Below are positions 17,661-26,397 of a DNA stretch of 27,299 nt, in pieces. A model generated the notes under the pieces. That model was given only the letters and a program-made list of their open reading frames with translations, did not search any database and was not told the origin of the DNA. A program made the position numbers and the translations under genes. The stretch comes from a virus (taxonomy: Duplodnaviria; Caudoviricetes). The stretch lies in IMG/VR virus record IMGVR_UViG_3300024255_000128, positions 1 to 27,299 of that record; one strand, 5' to 3'. The first letter of the stretch is position 1. Each line of letters begins with the position of its first letter.

Positions 17661-18578
17661 ATGGCACACAACAAACACACAGAAAGTTTACAGAATCAAG
17701 ATCTTAATTTAATGATGCCTAACCGACAAGCTTGGTTAGATTTAGCAGGAGATTGGGAAGATCCATTTCCAGCTCCTATTATTACTGAACATGATGGATT
17801 AAAGGTAGTAAGAGAAGATTTAATGGGATTTGGATCTAAATGTAGGTTCGGAGATATTTTAGTACAAAAGGCTCCAACAGATACGTTAGTATATGTACAA
17901 CCAAGATATGGATTTGCAGGCATCTCACTTGCATATTTAGCAAAGAAGTATAATAAGAAATTGGTTTTATTTAGCCCATCTCAAAAAGAAATTTCAGATC
18001 ATCAAGCAATTTGTATCGAAAGAGGTGCAGATATGAAGTTTAGAAGGATAGCGGCAATGCCAAATCTAAATGCAATCGCAAAAAAATGGGCAGAGGCAAA
18101 CAATGCAACTTTTATTCCACTAGGATTAAAACATGAATTGGTAACAGCAGCGGCAGTAAAGGTTGCATATGATCTTGCAGAAACACATGGTTATCCAGAA
18201 GAAGTTTGGTCAGCTATCTCTACAGGTGTATTACAACGTTCTTTACAAATTGCATGGCCAGATGCAGACTTCAATGCAGTTGCAGTGGCACGTAACATTA
18301 AGAAAGGTGAAAGAGGTAGAGCAACAATGTGGTCACATCCTAAAGCGTTTAATCAAAATGTACACCCTTCTAATTTCCCTCCATTTCCATCAGCACTTAA
18401 CTATGATGCAAAAGCTTGGGAGTTTATGAAAAAGCATGCAAATCCTGGAGCATTATTTTGGAATGTAGGTGGAGATCCTAAGCCAGATTTTATTAGAACT
18501 AAAGAACACACTGATTCTCAAAGAGAATGGGGAGAAATTAGAGACGAAGAGATGAAACAACCACTAATTAGATCATAG
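17661..18578 (+). CDS. PLP-dependent enzyme, fold type II (PALP family)
   Basis: VVREDLMGFGSKCR (PLP lysine), SAISTGV phosphate loop, YDAKAW, LFWNVG. Start reassigned to ATG 17661, 4 nt after the upstream stop. Confidence 0.8.
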   Translation: MAHNKHTESLQNQDLNLMMPNRQAWLDLAGDWEDPFPAPIITEHDGLKVVREDLMGFGSKCRFGDILVQKAPTDTLVYVQPRYGFAGISLAYLAKKYNKKLVLFSPSQKEISDHQAICIERGADMKFRRIAAMPNLNAIAKKWAEANNATFIPLGLKHELVTAAAVKVAYDLAETHGYPEEVWSAISTGVLQRSLQIAWPDADFNAVAVARNIKKGERGRATMWSHPKAFNQNVHPSNFPPFPSALNYDAKAWEFMKKHANPGALFWNVGGDPKPDFIRTKEHTDSQREWGEIRDEEMKQPLIRS

Positions 18579-18581
18579 AAA
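18554..18581 (+). promoter_or_regulatory. Putative phage promoter GAAAC-N17-TAGAAA
   Basis: Motif with exact spacer, embedded in the end of the PLP gene, upstream of the dNTPase and pol-N genes. Confidence 0.6.
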
Positions 18582-18600
18582 TAACATATAAAAAATAATC

Positions 18601-19065
18601 ATGGCGAACATAGACAATAAATGCGCAGATCTTGATATTCAAGATTATCACAAAGATACCAAAGACACATTTGGTTTACTCTTTGACAAACAAAAAGAAT
18701 TACAATCTAGATTAGGTTTCAATTTCGATGGTTGGACTATTAAAGAAATCGCAGATTTCTGGATGGTTAACAAACACGCAATGAGCGATGAACTAAATGA
18801 GATGTTCGATGCACTAGGTGGAATCAATGATGGTATTGGTAACGCAGGTTGGAAATACTGGAAAAAGGACAATGCTAAGACTCCTGAAATGAAAATTGAA
18901 GATCTTAGTAAAGAAGATAAATTAGAGTTATTTTATGAGTGGATTGACGGTCTTCACTTCTATATGAACTTTGCAATTTCTATTGGCATGACAAGTAAAG
19001 ACATTGTTAACTTGTACATGGCTAAAAATGCAGAGAATCACGACAGACAAGAAAGAGGATATTAA
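18601..19065 (+). CDS. 56: dCTP/dUTP pyrophosphatase, T4 gp56-like (dimeric all-alpha)
   Basis: DELNEMFDALG, WKYWK, EWIDGLHF, YMAKNAENHDRQERGY. Confidence 0.85.
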   Translation: MANIDNKCADLDIQDYHKDTKDTFGLLFDKQKELQSRLGFNFDGWTIKEIADFWMVNKHAMSDELNEMFDALGGINDGIGNAGWKYWKKDNAKTPEMKIEDLSKEDKLELFYEWIDGLHFYMNFAISIGMTSKDIVNLYMAKNAENHDRQERGY

Positions 19066-19086
19066 TCACACAACACACTCAAAAAT

Positions 19087-20490
19087 ATGCTATTAGATAT
19101 AGAGCAAAAAGAAAACGAAGTTATTATCAGTTATTACGACAAAGAAGGCAAGGTGTCATTCAAGAGGTACTCTGTTAATAAATTTGAAAATTGGGTAGTT
19201 ACTGAAGAAAAGGATCGTTGGAAAGATATTAAATTTAGAAACTGGGATAATCGCCCAATTAAGAGATCTATCTCAAAAAGTTTTAATAAATTTAGTTTGC
19301 TTTATTTTATGGATTCTCTACCACAGAAGGATCAAGATGAAATCTTCGAATTTAATATGCCACGTACATACTTTGTGGATATTGAAACTGAAATTGTAGA
19401 TGGTTTTCCAAAAGCAGAAGAAGCTAAAACCAGAATTCTATCATTCTCTATCATTACACCTGAACGTAAAGCAATTGTTTTAGGTTTAGAAGATATGAGT
19501 TCAGATCAAATCAAAAAGATTGAAGATGATACCAATGCTCATTTTAAAGATTATGATCAGGATTGGGAATTCAGTTATTACAAGTTTGATGACGAGTATA
19601 ACATGGTATATACATTCTTACATAAGTTTCTACCTAAGTTCCCAATGATGACTGGTTGGAATTTCATCAACTATGACTGGCAGTATATAGTTAATAGGTG
19701 TAAACGATTACAAATCGACCTGACTGACGTGGCAATCACAGGATCATTAGATAGAAACGATAGTAGACCATTGCACATGGGAATTTTAGATTACATGCAA
19801 TTGTATGATAAATATGACAGATCAGTTGCCGTAAAAGAATCTAATTCATTAGATTTTGTTTCTAGTGCAGTATTAGATGTTGCAAAGATTAAATACACTG
19901 GTGGTTTACAAGAACTATACGAAAATAACTTCCAAAAATATATTTACTATAACGTGGTTGATTCATGCCTAGTATATTATATAGATAAACAGCTTAGATC
20001 GATGGAAGTACTTTTGACATTAGCAACTATTACAAGAATGCCACTTTATAAAGCAGCATCTCCTGTGGCAGTAACTGAAGCACTTATAGCTAGAAAACTA
20101 ATCGGTCAAAACAAAAAGATTGGAATGGAATGGAATAAAGAAGACGCTAAGAAAGATGGTAAATTCGAAGGAGCATTTGTTAAACAACCTATTGTAGGTT
20201 ATTACTCCGGAGTTTCTGCTTTTGATTTCGCATCTCTATATCCATCAATTATGCGTCAATTTAATATATCTCCGGATGCATTCGTTGAGCAAGTAAATGA
20301 AATAGATATTCCAGAAAGAAGAAAGGACAAGGAAGTAATTGTTTGTGAAAACGGAGTTGTCTATAGAAAAGAAGATAGTATTCTTAAAAAAATATTGGCA
20401 GATTTATACGGTCAACGTAAAGAATATAAAAAGACTTCTTATGAATATTACGAAAAAGCCCACGAACTAGAAAAAAAATTAAAGTCCTAA
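19087..20490 (+). CDS. 43A: DNA polymerase family B, N-terminal subunit (exonuclease + motif A)
   Basis: ExoI DIETE, ExoII GWNFINYD, ExoIII YNVVD, DFASLYPSI; ends in the first fingers helix after QRKEYKK. Confidence 0.92.
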   Translation: MLLDIEQKENEVIISYYDKEGKVSFKRYSVNKFENWVVTEEKDRWKDIKFRNWDNRPIKRSISKSFNKFSLLYFMDSLPQKDQDEIFEFNMPRTYFVDIETEIVDGFPKAEEAKTRILSFSIITPERKAIVLGLEDMSSDQIKKIEDDTNAHFKDYDQDWEFSYYKFDDEYNMVYTFLHKFLPKFPMMTGWNFINYDWQYIVNRCKRLQIDLTDVAITGSLDRNDSRPLHMGILDYMQLYDKYDRSVAVKESNSLDFVSSAVLDVAKIKYTGGLQELYENNFQKYIYYNVVDSCLVYYIDKQLRSMEVLLTLATITRMPLYKAASPVAVTEALIARKLIGQNKKIGMEWNKEDAKKDGKFEGAFVKQPIVGYYSGVSAFDFASLYPSIMRQFNISPDAFVEQVNEIDIPERRKDKEVIVCENGVVYRKEDSILKKILADLYGQRKEYKKTSYEYYEKAHELEKKLKS

Positions 20491-20648
20491 ATTTAGAAAA
20501 CATGAATAATAGTCTGATATATAATAACACTAGCAGCGCTGCTATTATTCATACATACATCTAAATTATAGATTAGACTGGGTCTTTATAAAGGCCCATT
20601 GTAGTCTCAACTGGATTCTGTAAAAAAACTAAACAAAATAATAGCAAT

Positions 20649-21659
20649 ATGTCAAATCTCTTTAAAGAACGTGTAGAATATAAGCCGTTCGAATATCCTG
20701 AATACTATACCGAAGGTTGGCTTAAACAAGCACAAGCATTCTGGCTACACACTGAAATCTCAATGCAAGGTGATGTAAAAGACTGGAATGAAAACCTAAT
20801 GCCACATGAAAAGAACTTAGTAGGCAATATTCTTTTGGGTTTCGCCCAAACCGAATGCGCAGTATCTGATTACTGGACAAACATGGTTACCAGTTGGTTT
20901 CCTAAACATGAAATTAGACAAATGGCAATGATGTTCGGATCACAAGAGACAATTCACGCTGTTGCATATTCATATCTTAATGAAACTTTGGGTTTGGAGG
21001 ATTTCGCAGCATTTCTTCATGAGCCTGCAACTGCTGAGAAGTTTGAATTCTTAACTTCAACAACAGCTAATTACACACATGAAGATTTACAAACAAATCC
21101 TGTAGCAAGAAGGGAAGTAGCAAGATCATTGGCTATTTTTAGTGCATTTGCAGAAGGTGTTTCTTTATATTCATCGTTTGCAGTACTTTACTCGTTTCAA
21201 ATGAGAAACTTATTAAAAGGTATTGGACAACAAATGAAATGGTCAGTAAGAGATGAATCCTTACATTCAAAAATGGGATGTCAGTTATTTAGAGAAATGT
21301 GTGGTGAATATCCTGAACTATTTGAAGAGATTCATGCAGATGTAATTAAAGCAGCCGAATATATGGTTGAAATGGAACATAAGTTTATTGATAAAATGTT
21401 TGAGCAAGGTGATCTCGCTAACATGGAAGCAGAAAACTTAAAGCATTTTATTGTTAAAAGAGCTAACGAGAAAATAGCTGAACTAGGATATAAAGATGGT
21501 CCATTTATGGAATTAGATAATGATAAAGCAGGAGAATTAGATTGGTTTTATCATTTAACAGGTGGACATACACATACTGACTTTTTTGCAATCAGACCTA
21601 CTGATTATGCAAAAGCAGGAGAAGACGAAAACTGGGACGAAGATGATTTGTTCGATTAA
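20649..21659 (+). CDS. nrdB: Ribonucleotide reductase class I beta subunit
   Basis: QAFWLHTEI, ETIHAVAY (radical Tyr), EGVSLYSSF, RDESLH, DFFAIRPTDY. Confidence 0.96.
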   Translation: MSNLFKERVEYKPFEYPEYYTEGWLKQAQAFWLHTEISMQGDVKDWNENLMPHEKNLVGNILLGFAQTECAVSDYWTNMVTSWFPKHEIRQMAMMFGSQETIHAVAYSYLNETLGLEDFAAFLHEPATAEKFEFLTSTTANYTHEDLQTNPVARREVARSLAIFSAFAEGVSLYSSFAVLYSFQMRNLLKGIGQQMKWSVRDESLHSKMGCQLFREMCGEYPELFEEIHADVIKAAEYMVEMEHKFIDKMFEQGDLANMEAENLKHFIVKRANEKIAELGYKDGPFMELDNDKAGELDWFYHLTGGHTHTDFFAIRPTDYAKAGEDENWDEDDLFD

Positions 21660-21676
21660 TATAATAAATAATAAAA

Positions 21677-23581
21677 ATGTACAGAGATAAAAATAAAAGC
21701 GAGGAACTCATTAGAGAAGAAAACATTAAGCTAATTAAGAATAATCTAGTGTCCGATTCAAATACAAAGAACTTTGGAGAAGAATTAGGTTGGGAATTAG
21801 GTGTGGATTTCCCAGTTTGGGGAAACACAGAAATTTATATTAAAACAATAAGTAAAGGATATTGTTACCAGGACGAGACGCCAAAAGATGCATATTGGAG
21901 AGTTGCTACTACTATAGCAAAACGTTTAGGCAAACCTGAATTTGCATCGAAATTTTTTGATTATATATGGAAGGGTTGGTTGAATCTAGCCTCACCTGTA
22001 CTTTCAAATACTGGATTAGAAAGAGGTTTACCTATTTCATGTTTTGGTATTGATGTTGCTGATTCAATTCACGACATCGGTGCTAAAAATCTAGAGATGA
22101 TGCTACTTGCCAAACATGGTGGTGGTGTAGGTACAGGAATTAATCAAATTAGACCAGCAGGTGCAAAAATTACAGGAAACGGTACATCAGATGGAGTTGT
22201 ACCTTTTTGCAAAATATTTGACTCTACAATACTTGCCACTAATCAGGGTTCTGTTCGTAGAGGAGCAGCAAGTGTTAATATTGACATTGAACATGCTGAT
22301 TTCTGGGAATGGCTAGAAATTAGAGAACCTAAAGGTGATGTCAATAGACAATCATTGAACTTACACCAATGTGCAGTAATTCCAGATGGTTTTATGCAAA
22401 AGGTTGAAGCTGGTGACAAAGAATCTCGTAAAAAGTGGGCTGCGCTCTTAAGGAAGCGTAGATCTACAGGAGAGCCATACATTATGTATAAAGGAAATGT
22501 CAATAGAGCAAATCCAGAAGCATACTCAAAGAATGGATTAAAAGTCTATATGACTAACATTTGTTCAGAGATTACATTACATACGGATGAGAATCACTCA
22601 TTTGTTTGTTGTCTTTCTTCTGTAAACTTAGCCAAGTACAACGAGTGGAAAGATACTGATCTTATTTACACAGCAACTTGGTTTTTAGATGGCGTCATGG
22701 AAGAGTTTATTCAAAAGGCTAAATTCATGAGAGGATTTGAAAATTCAATTAGATCTGCAGAAAAGGGTAGAGCACTAGGACTTGGTGTATTAGGATGGCA
22801 TACATATTTACAAGAAAAGAACATTCCGTTTGATTCTTTATCAGCTCAATTCGAAACACGTAAAATCTTTTCACAATTAAAGATAGAATCTGAAAGAGCA
22901 TCGAGAGATCTAGCTACAGAATATGGCGAACCATTATGGTGTGTAGGAACTGGAATGAGAAATACTCACTTAAGAGCTATTGCTCCAACAGTAACTAATT
23001 CTAAACTTAGTGGAAATGTTTCTCCAGGTATTGAGCCATGGGCAGCAAATCTATTAACAGAACAAACAGCTAAGGGTACTTTTATTAGAAAGAACCCAAC
23101 ATTAGAAAAGGTTTTAGACACAATTGGTAAGAATACTAAATCAACATGGGATAAAATCCTAGAAGACGGAGGATCAGTATTGGGATTATCATGGATAGAA
23201 GATTATTTCGTTTCATCGTTCTCAGATAATGATGGTACTTCAGGTATTCAAAAACCATTGACTAAAAAGCAATTAGAAAAATTACCAACATTAGAACAAG
23301 CTGATTATATTCCAATGTCAGACGTGTTTAGAACATTTAAAGAAATTAATCAATTAGATTTGGTTAGACAAGCAGGAATTAGACAACAATATGTTGATCA
23401 ATCAGCAAGTTTAAATTTAGCCTTCCCAAAAGAAGCTGAGCCAAAGTTTATTAATCAGGTACATTTAGAAGCATATAGAAAGGGTGTCAAGACATTATAC
23501 TATATGAGAACTGAATCTGTTCTTAGAGGCGACATCGCCGCAGCAGCAACTGATCCAGATTGTGTAGCATGTGATGGATAA
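21677..23581 (+). CDS. nrdA: Ribonucleotide reductase class I alpha subunit (no obvious ATP cone)
   Basis: SCF, NICSEI, VCCLSS, APT, TLYY, C-terminal CVAC. Confidence 0.96.
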   Translation: MYRDKNKSEELIREENIKLIKNNLVSDSNTKNFGEELGWELGVDFPVWGNTEIYIKTISKGYCYQDETPKDAYWRVATTIAKRLGKPEFASKFFDYIWKGWLNLASPVLSNTGLERGLPISCFGIDVADSIHDIGAKNLEMMLLAKHGGGVGTGINQIRPAGAKITGNGTSDGVVPFCKIFDSTILATNQGSVRRGAASVNIDIEHADFWEWLEIREPKGDVNRQSLNLHQCAVIPDGFMQKVEAGDKESRKKWAALLRKRRSTGEPYIMYKGNVNRANPEAYSKNGLKVYMTNICSEITLHTDENHSFVCCLSSVNLAKYNEWKDTDLIYTATWFLDGVMEEFIQKAKFMRGFENSIRSAEKGRALGLGVLGWHTYLQEKNIPFDSLSAQFETRKIFSQLKIESERASRDLATEYGEPLWCVGTGMRNTHLRAIAPTVTNSKLSGNVSPGIEPWAANLLTEQTAKGTFIRKNPTLEKVLDTIGKNTKSTWDKILEDGGSVLGLSWIEDYFVSSFSDNDGTSGIQKPLTKKQLEKLPTLEQADYIPMSDVFRTFKEINQLDLVRQAGIRQQYVDQSASLNLAFPKEAEPKFINQVHLEAYRKGVKTLYYMRTESVLRGDIAAAATDPDCVACDG

Positions 23582-23585
23582 AAAA

Positions 23586-23673
23586 TAAAGGTGTGGTTAA
23601 ATCCACGCTTTAGGACCGGGATAGTTCTCGGAACGAGGCCAGACGTATCGCTACTGTCTGGCCTCACTTTTTT
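23586..23673 (+). ncRNA. Candidate structured RNA: three tandem hairpins, the last terminator-like
   Basis: GTGTGG/CCACGC, CCGGGA/TCTCGG and GAGGCCAGAC/GTCTGGCCTC, then ACTTTTTT; GC-rich island in an AT-rich genome. Confidence 0.45.
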
Positions 23674-23725
23674 GTCACCAATTGTCATATTAACAATTAA
23701 ATGTTAATTATTTTAGATAAAATGT

Positions 23726-23753
23726 GAAACCTTTTTTATTTAGCAGGTATAAT
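23726..23753 (+). promoter_or_regulatory. Putative phage promoter GAAAC-N17-TATAAT
   Basis: Motif with exact spacer upstream of the OMP unit. Confidence 0.65.
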
Positions 23754-23773
23754 AGTCCAATTAACAAAGAAAA

Positions 23774-23866
23774 ATGAACACAACTTCATTATACTTATTA
23801 ACAAAGACTGCTAAAAATAACAGCAGCACATCTATCTTTACTCCTAGAACTGTTATCACAGACTGA
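23774..23866 (+). CDS. Possible 30-aa Thr-rich leader peptide
   Basis: MNTTSLYLLTKTAKNNSSTSIFTPRTVITD*, between promoter and OMP gene, with A-rich start context. Confidence 0.3.
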   Translation: MNTTSLYLLTKTAKNNSSTSIFTPRTVITD

Positions 23867-23895
23867 TAGATTTATTTTAACCAAAACATTTTAAT

Positions 23896-24312
23896 ATGAA
23901 AAATTTTATTTTAACATTAGCCCTTGCGGCTTTGACAACATTCGGTGCTAATGCACAGAATACAAAAGGTGACTGGTACGTAGGTACTGGCGATATTGCT
24001 AACACGGCTTGGACTGAATTATCAATCCAACCAACGATCGGATATGCATTCTCGGACAACTATATGGTTGGAATGAGCGTTGCACAAGCTGACTCAACTG
24101 AAGACATGGTCTTAGGTCTAGAAGGAAGATATTTCCATAAAGGATTCTTTGGATATGTAGCACTAAACGATTTTGATTTCGATCAACTTCAATTAGGTGT
24201 AGGTAAAATGTTCGCATTCCACAAAGGATCTATGTTTGTAGATCCAAAAATCGTTTACGATTTAGGAATGGAAACAACTAACCTTCAAATCGGATTTGGT
24301 TTAAAGTTCTAA
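23896..24312 (+). CDS. Small outer-membrane beta-barrel protein with signal peptide
   Basis: Signal peptide MKNFILTLALAALTTFGANA|Q, amphipathic beta strands, C-terminal beta-signal IGFGLKF. Confidence 0.85.
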   Translation: MKNFILTLALAALTTFGANAQNTKGDWYVGTGDIANTAWTELSIQPTIGYAFSDNYMVGMSVAQADSTEDMVLGLEGRYFHKGFFGYVALNDFDFDQLQLGVGKMFAFHKGSMFVDPKIVYDLGMETTNLQIGFGLKF

Positions 24313-24337
24313 ACTAAAACTGATTTGGTTAAAAGCT

Positions 24338-24370
24338 AAGCCCAAGTTTCTAGGATCTTGGGCTTTTTTT
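24338..24370 (+). terminator. Intrinsic terminator
   Basis: AAGCCCAAG / CTTGGGCTT stem plus T tract. Confidence 0.85.
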
Positions 24371-24372
24371 AT

Positions 24373-24400
24373 GAAACAAATCACAACTATCACATAGAAT
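24373..24400 (+). promoter_or_regulatory. Putative phage promoter GAAAC-N17-TAGAAT
   Basis: Immediately after the terminator; heads the clamp/pol-C unit. Confidence 0.65.
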
Positions 24401-24429
24401 AATAAATCATTATCAAAAAACAAATAATT

Positions 24430-25173
24430 ATGAAATTAAAATTAGATCGTATTGACCAGCATGCTTTGACAGCATTCATCAACCGAGTAAAACCAATTGA
24501 TTCTTTCATTTACATGAAAATTGCAAATGGACAAATCAACTCAACAGTTTATCTTCCACAAAGAGATGCCGTAAAGCATCATTCAGTAGAAGTAAGCACA
24601 ATCTTCCAAGTAGACGCTTGGCCAGAAACTGACAAAGAAATGAAGATTGCATTCTTTGAAGGTAACAAAGTGATCGAAGCTATTAAGCATTTCGACGCAG
24701 ACGCAATTAAAGGTGAAATTGAATTCATCGAAAACGACAACGAATTAGTAGCAGCATCGCTACGTATTTTTAATGACGAACTAGAAATTACTCTAGCTTG
24801 TTCAGAACCATCACTAGGATTTAAAGATCTTACACAAGAGCAAATTGATGTAATCTTTGCAAAAGATGATAGTACATTTGATTTTAACTTCGACACTCAT
24901 ATGATTGGAAAGGTTAAGAACTTATTCTCTCTTGACAAAGACGAAACATTTAGTATCAAATCAGATGTAACAGGAGTTAGCGTAAGCGGTAAATCATTTA
25001 GCGTTGTAATTAATCCAGATACAAGTGGAAAAGGTGAAGTAACAGTTTATAAAAAGTACTTAAACCTACTTGACAAAGACGAACAAACAGTACATGTTTC
25101 AGGATCAAAAGTTGTATTCAACTCAAATGATACAGATACATTATTAACAGTTTCAACTTGTCAAACAGCATAA
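24430..25173 (+). CDS. Putative DNA sliding clamp, gp45-like
   Basis: 247-aa acidic protein with an apparent two-domain alpha/beta pattern, directly upstream of the polymerase C subunit; no diagnostic motif. Confidence 0.55.
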   Translation: MKLKLDRIDQHALTAFINRVKPIDSFIYMKIANGQINSTVYLPQRDAVKHHSVEVSTIFQVDAWPETDKEMKIAFFEGNKVIEAIKHFDADAIKGEIEFIENDNELVAASLRIFNDELEITLACSEPSLGFKDLTQEQIDVIFAKDDSTFDFNFDTHMIGKVKNLFSLDKDETFSIKSDVTGVSVSGKSFSVVINPDTSGKGEVTVYKKYLNLLDKDEQTVHVSGSKVVFNSNDTDTLLTVSTCQTA

Positions 25174-25177
25174 GTAT

Positions 25178-26386
25178 ATGAACATCGAAGCTCTAGAAAA
25201 TAAATCTATAGAAGAATTAACTGATAATGAGGCGAAGCTGCTTGTAGATCACTACAAGCAGCTCTCTGCCAAATATACTGCGTATGAACAAGCAGTTAAG
25301 TTAACACTTAACTCTATCTACGGAGCCTTCGGTAATAAGTGGTTTCACTTTTTTAACATTGACATTGCCGAGTCAATTACAAAACAAGGCAAGAATGCAA
25401 TTCTTTATTCAGAGACTATTCTCAACAAGTATGTTAATGATTTTTGGCACAAAGATACTGCTGCACATAATCACTTTGGTATTAAAGTAAAAGGTAAAAT
25501 TGAAAAACCATCAGTAATTTATATTGATACAGATTCTTGTTATGTACAGTTTCAAGATCTATATGAATCTATAATTTGGCCAGAAGAAACAGAGAAGATG
25601 GAAATCGACGTGTTTATTTTAGCACTTTATGGTTTTAGACTTAGAGATTATATTACTAAGTGTATGGAGAAATATGCAGACAAAAGAAATTCAGATAATT
25701 ATTTGATGTTTGAATTAGAAGCACTTGCATATAATGGTATTTGGATGTCTAAGAAAAAGTATATTCAGAATATTGCATGGGACGATAAATTAGAAATTAC
25801 AGACAGGCATACATCATTAAAGAAAATTAAAACAATTGGCTTTGATACTATCCAATCATCTACCCCTAAATTTGCAAGAGAGAAATTAGTAGAAGCACTT
25901 AAAATCATATTTAAAAGTAGAGTTACTCCAACCGCAGAAGATCTTCAATCATTAGTAGTCTTTATGAAAGAAACTAAGAAACAATTTAAACTTGCAGATA
26001 TTGACGAGATCTCGTTTAATAGAAGAACTAATAATATAGACAAGTATATTGTAGATGATCAGAAGGAATTTCAAATTGGTTTAAAATGTCCAGCAAATGT
26101 TAAAGCAGCAGGATATTATAACTACTTACTTAACAACAATCCAAAATACAAAAACAAATATAAGGTTATCGGTAATGGTGAAAAGCTAAAGATTTATAAT
26201 TGTAAATCACCAATATCAGAGGTATATGCATATATGCCAGGTGATCATCCTTATGAGATTGCACCAGAAATAGATTATGACACTCAGTTTGAAAAGGCCA
26301 TGATCGACCCTCTTAACAGAGTATTGACAGCAATCGGTTTACAAACACTAGATACTAACCTAATTTACGCATCATCATTATTTTAA
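25178..26386 (+). CDS. 43B: DNA polymerase family B, C-terminal subunit (motifs B, C, thumb)
   Basis: KLTLNSIYGAFGN, AESITKQG, YIDTDS, KKKY, QSSTP; ends ASSLF. Confidence 0.92.
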   Translation: MNIEALENKSIEELTDNEAKLLVDHYKQLSAKYTAYEQAVKLTLNSIYGAFGNKWFHFFNIDIAESITKQGKNAILYSETILNKYVNDFWHKDTAAHNHFGIKVKGKIEKPSVIYIDTDSCYVQFQDLYESIIWPEETEKMEIDVFILALYGFRLRDYITKCMEKYADKRNSDNYLMFELEALAYNGIWMSKKKYIQNIAWDDKLEITDRHTSLKKIKTIGFDTIQSSTPKFAREKLVEALKIIFKSRVTPTAEDLQSLVVFMKETKKQFKLADIDEISFNRRTNNIDKYIVDDQKEFQIGLKCPANVKAAGYYNYLLNNNPKYKNKYKVIGNGEKLKIYNCKSPISEVYAYMPGDHPYEIAPEIDYDTQFEKAMIDPLNRVLTAIGLQTLDTNLIYASSLF

Positions 26387-26397
26387 AATATAACAAC

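Noticed and set aside
20465-20490. A8 run at the end of pol-N as a programmed frameshift or pseudogene lesion
   Set aside because: No polymerase continuation follows locally; the missing motifs are in an intact separate gene at 25178.
23190-23320. Apparent insertion in NrdA C-terminal region as a mini-intein
   Set aside because: Too short and lacks splicing residues; more likely a surface loop.
23586-23673. tRNA or known riboswitch
   Set aside because: No acceptor stem, T-loop or anticodon arm; no riboswitch consensus I recognise; located 3' of a gene.
894-24896. All minus-strand ORFs and the short alternate-frame plus-strand ORFs (3786, 18163) in the track
   Set aside because: They overlap well-supported + strand genes, have shadow-like composition and show no motifs.
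20491-25177. Intron or split intein joining the polymerase halves
   Set aside because: No intein N- or C-terminal signature and no homing endonuclease; the interval holds ordinary genes with terminators.
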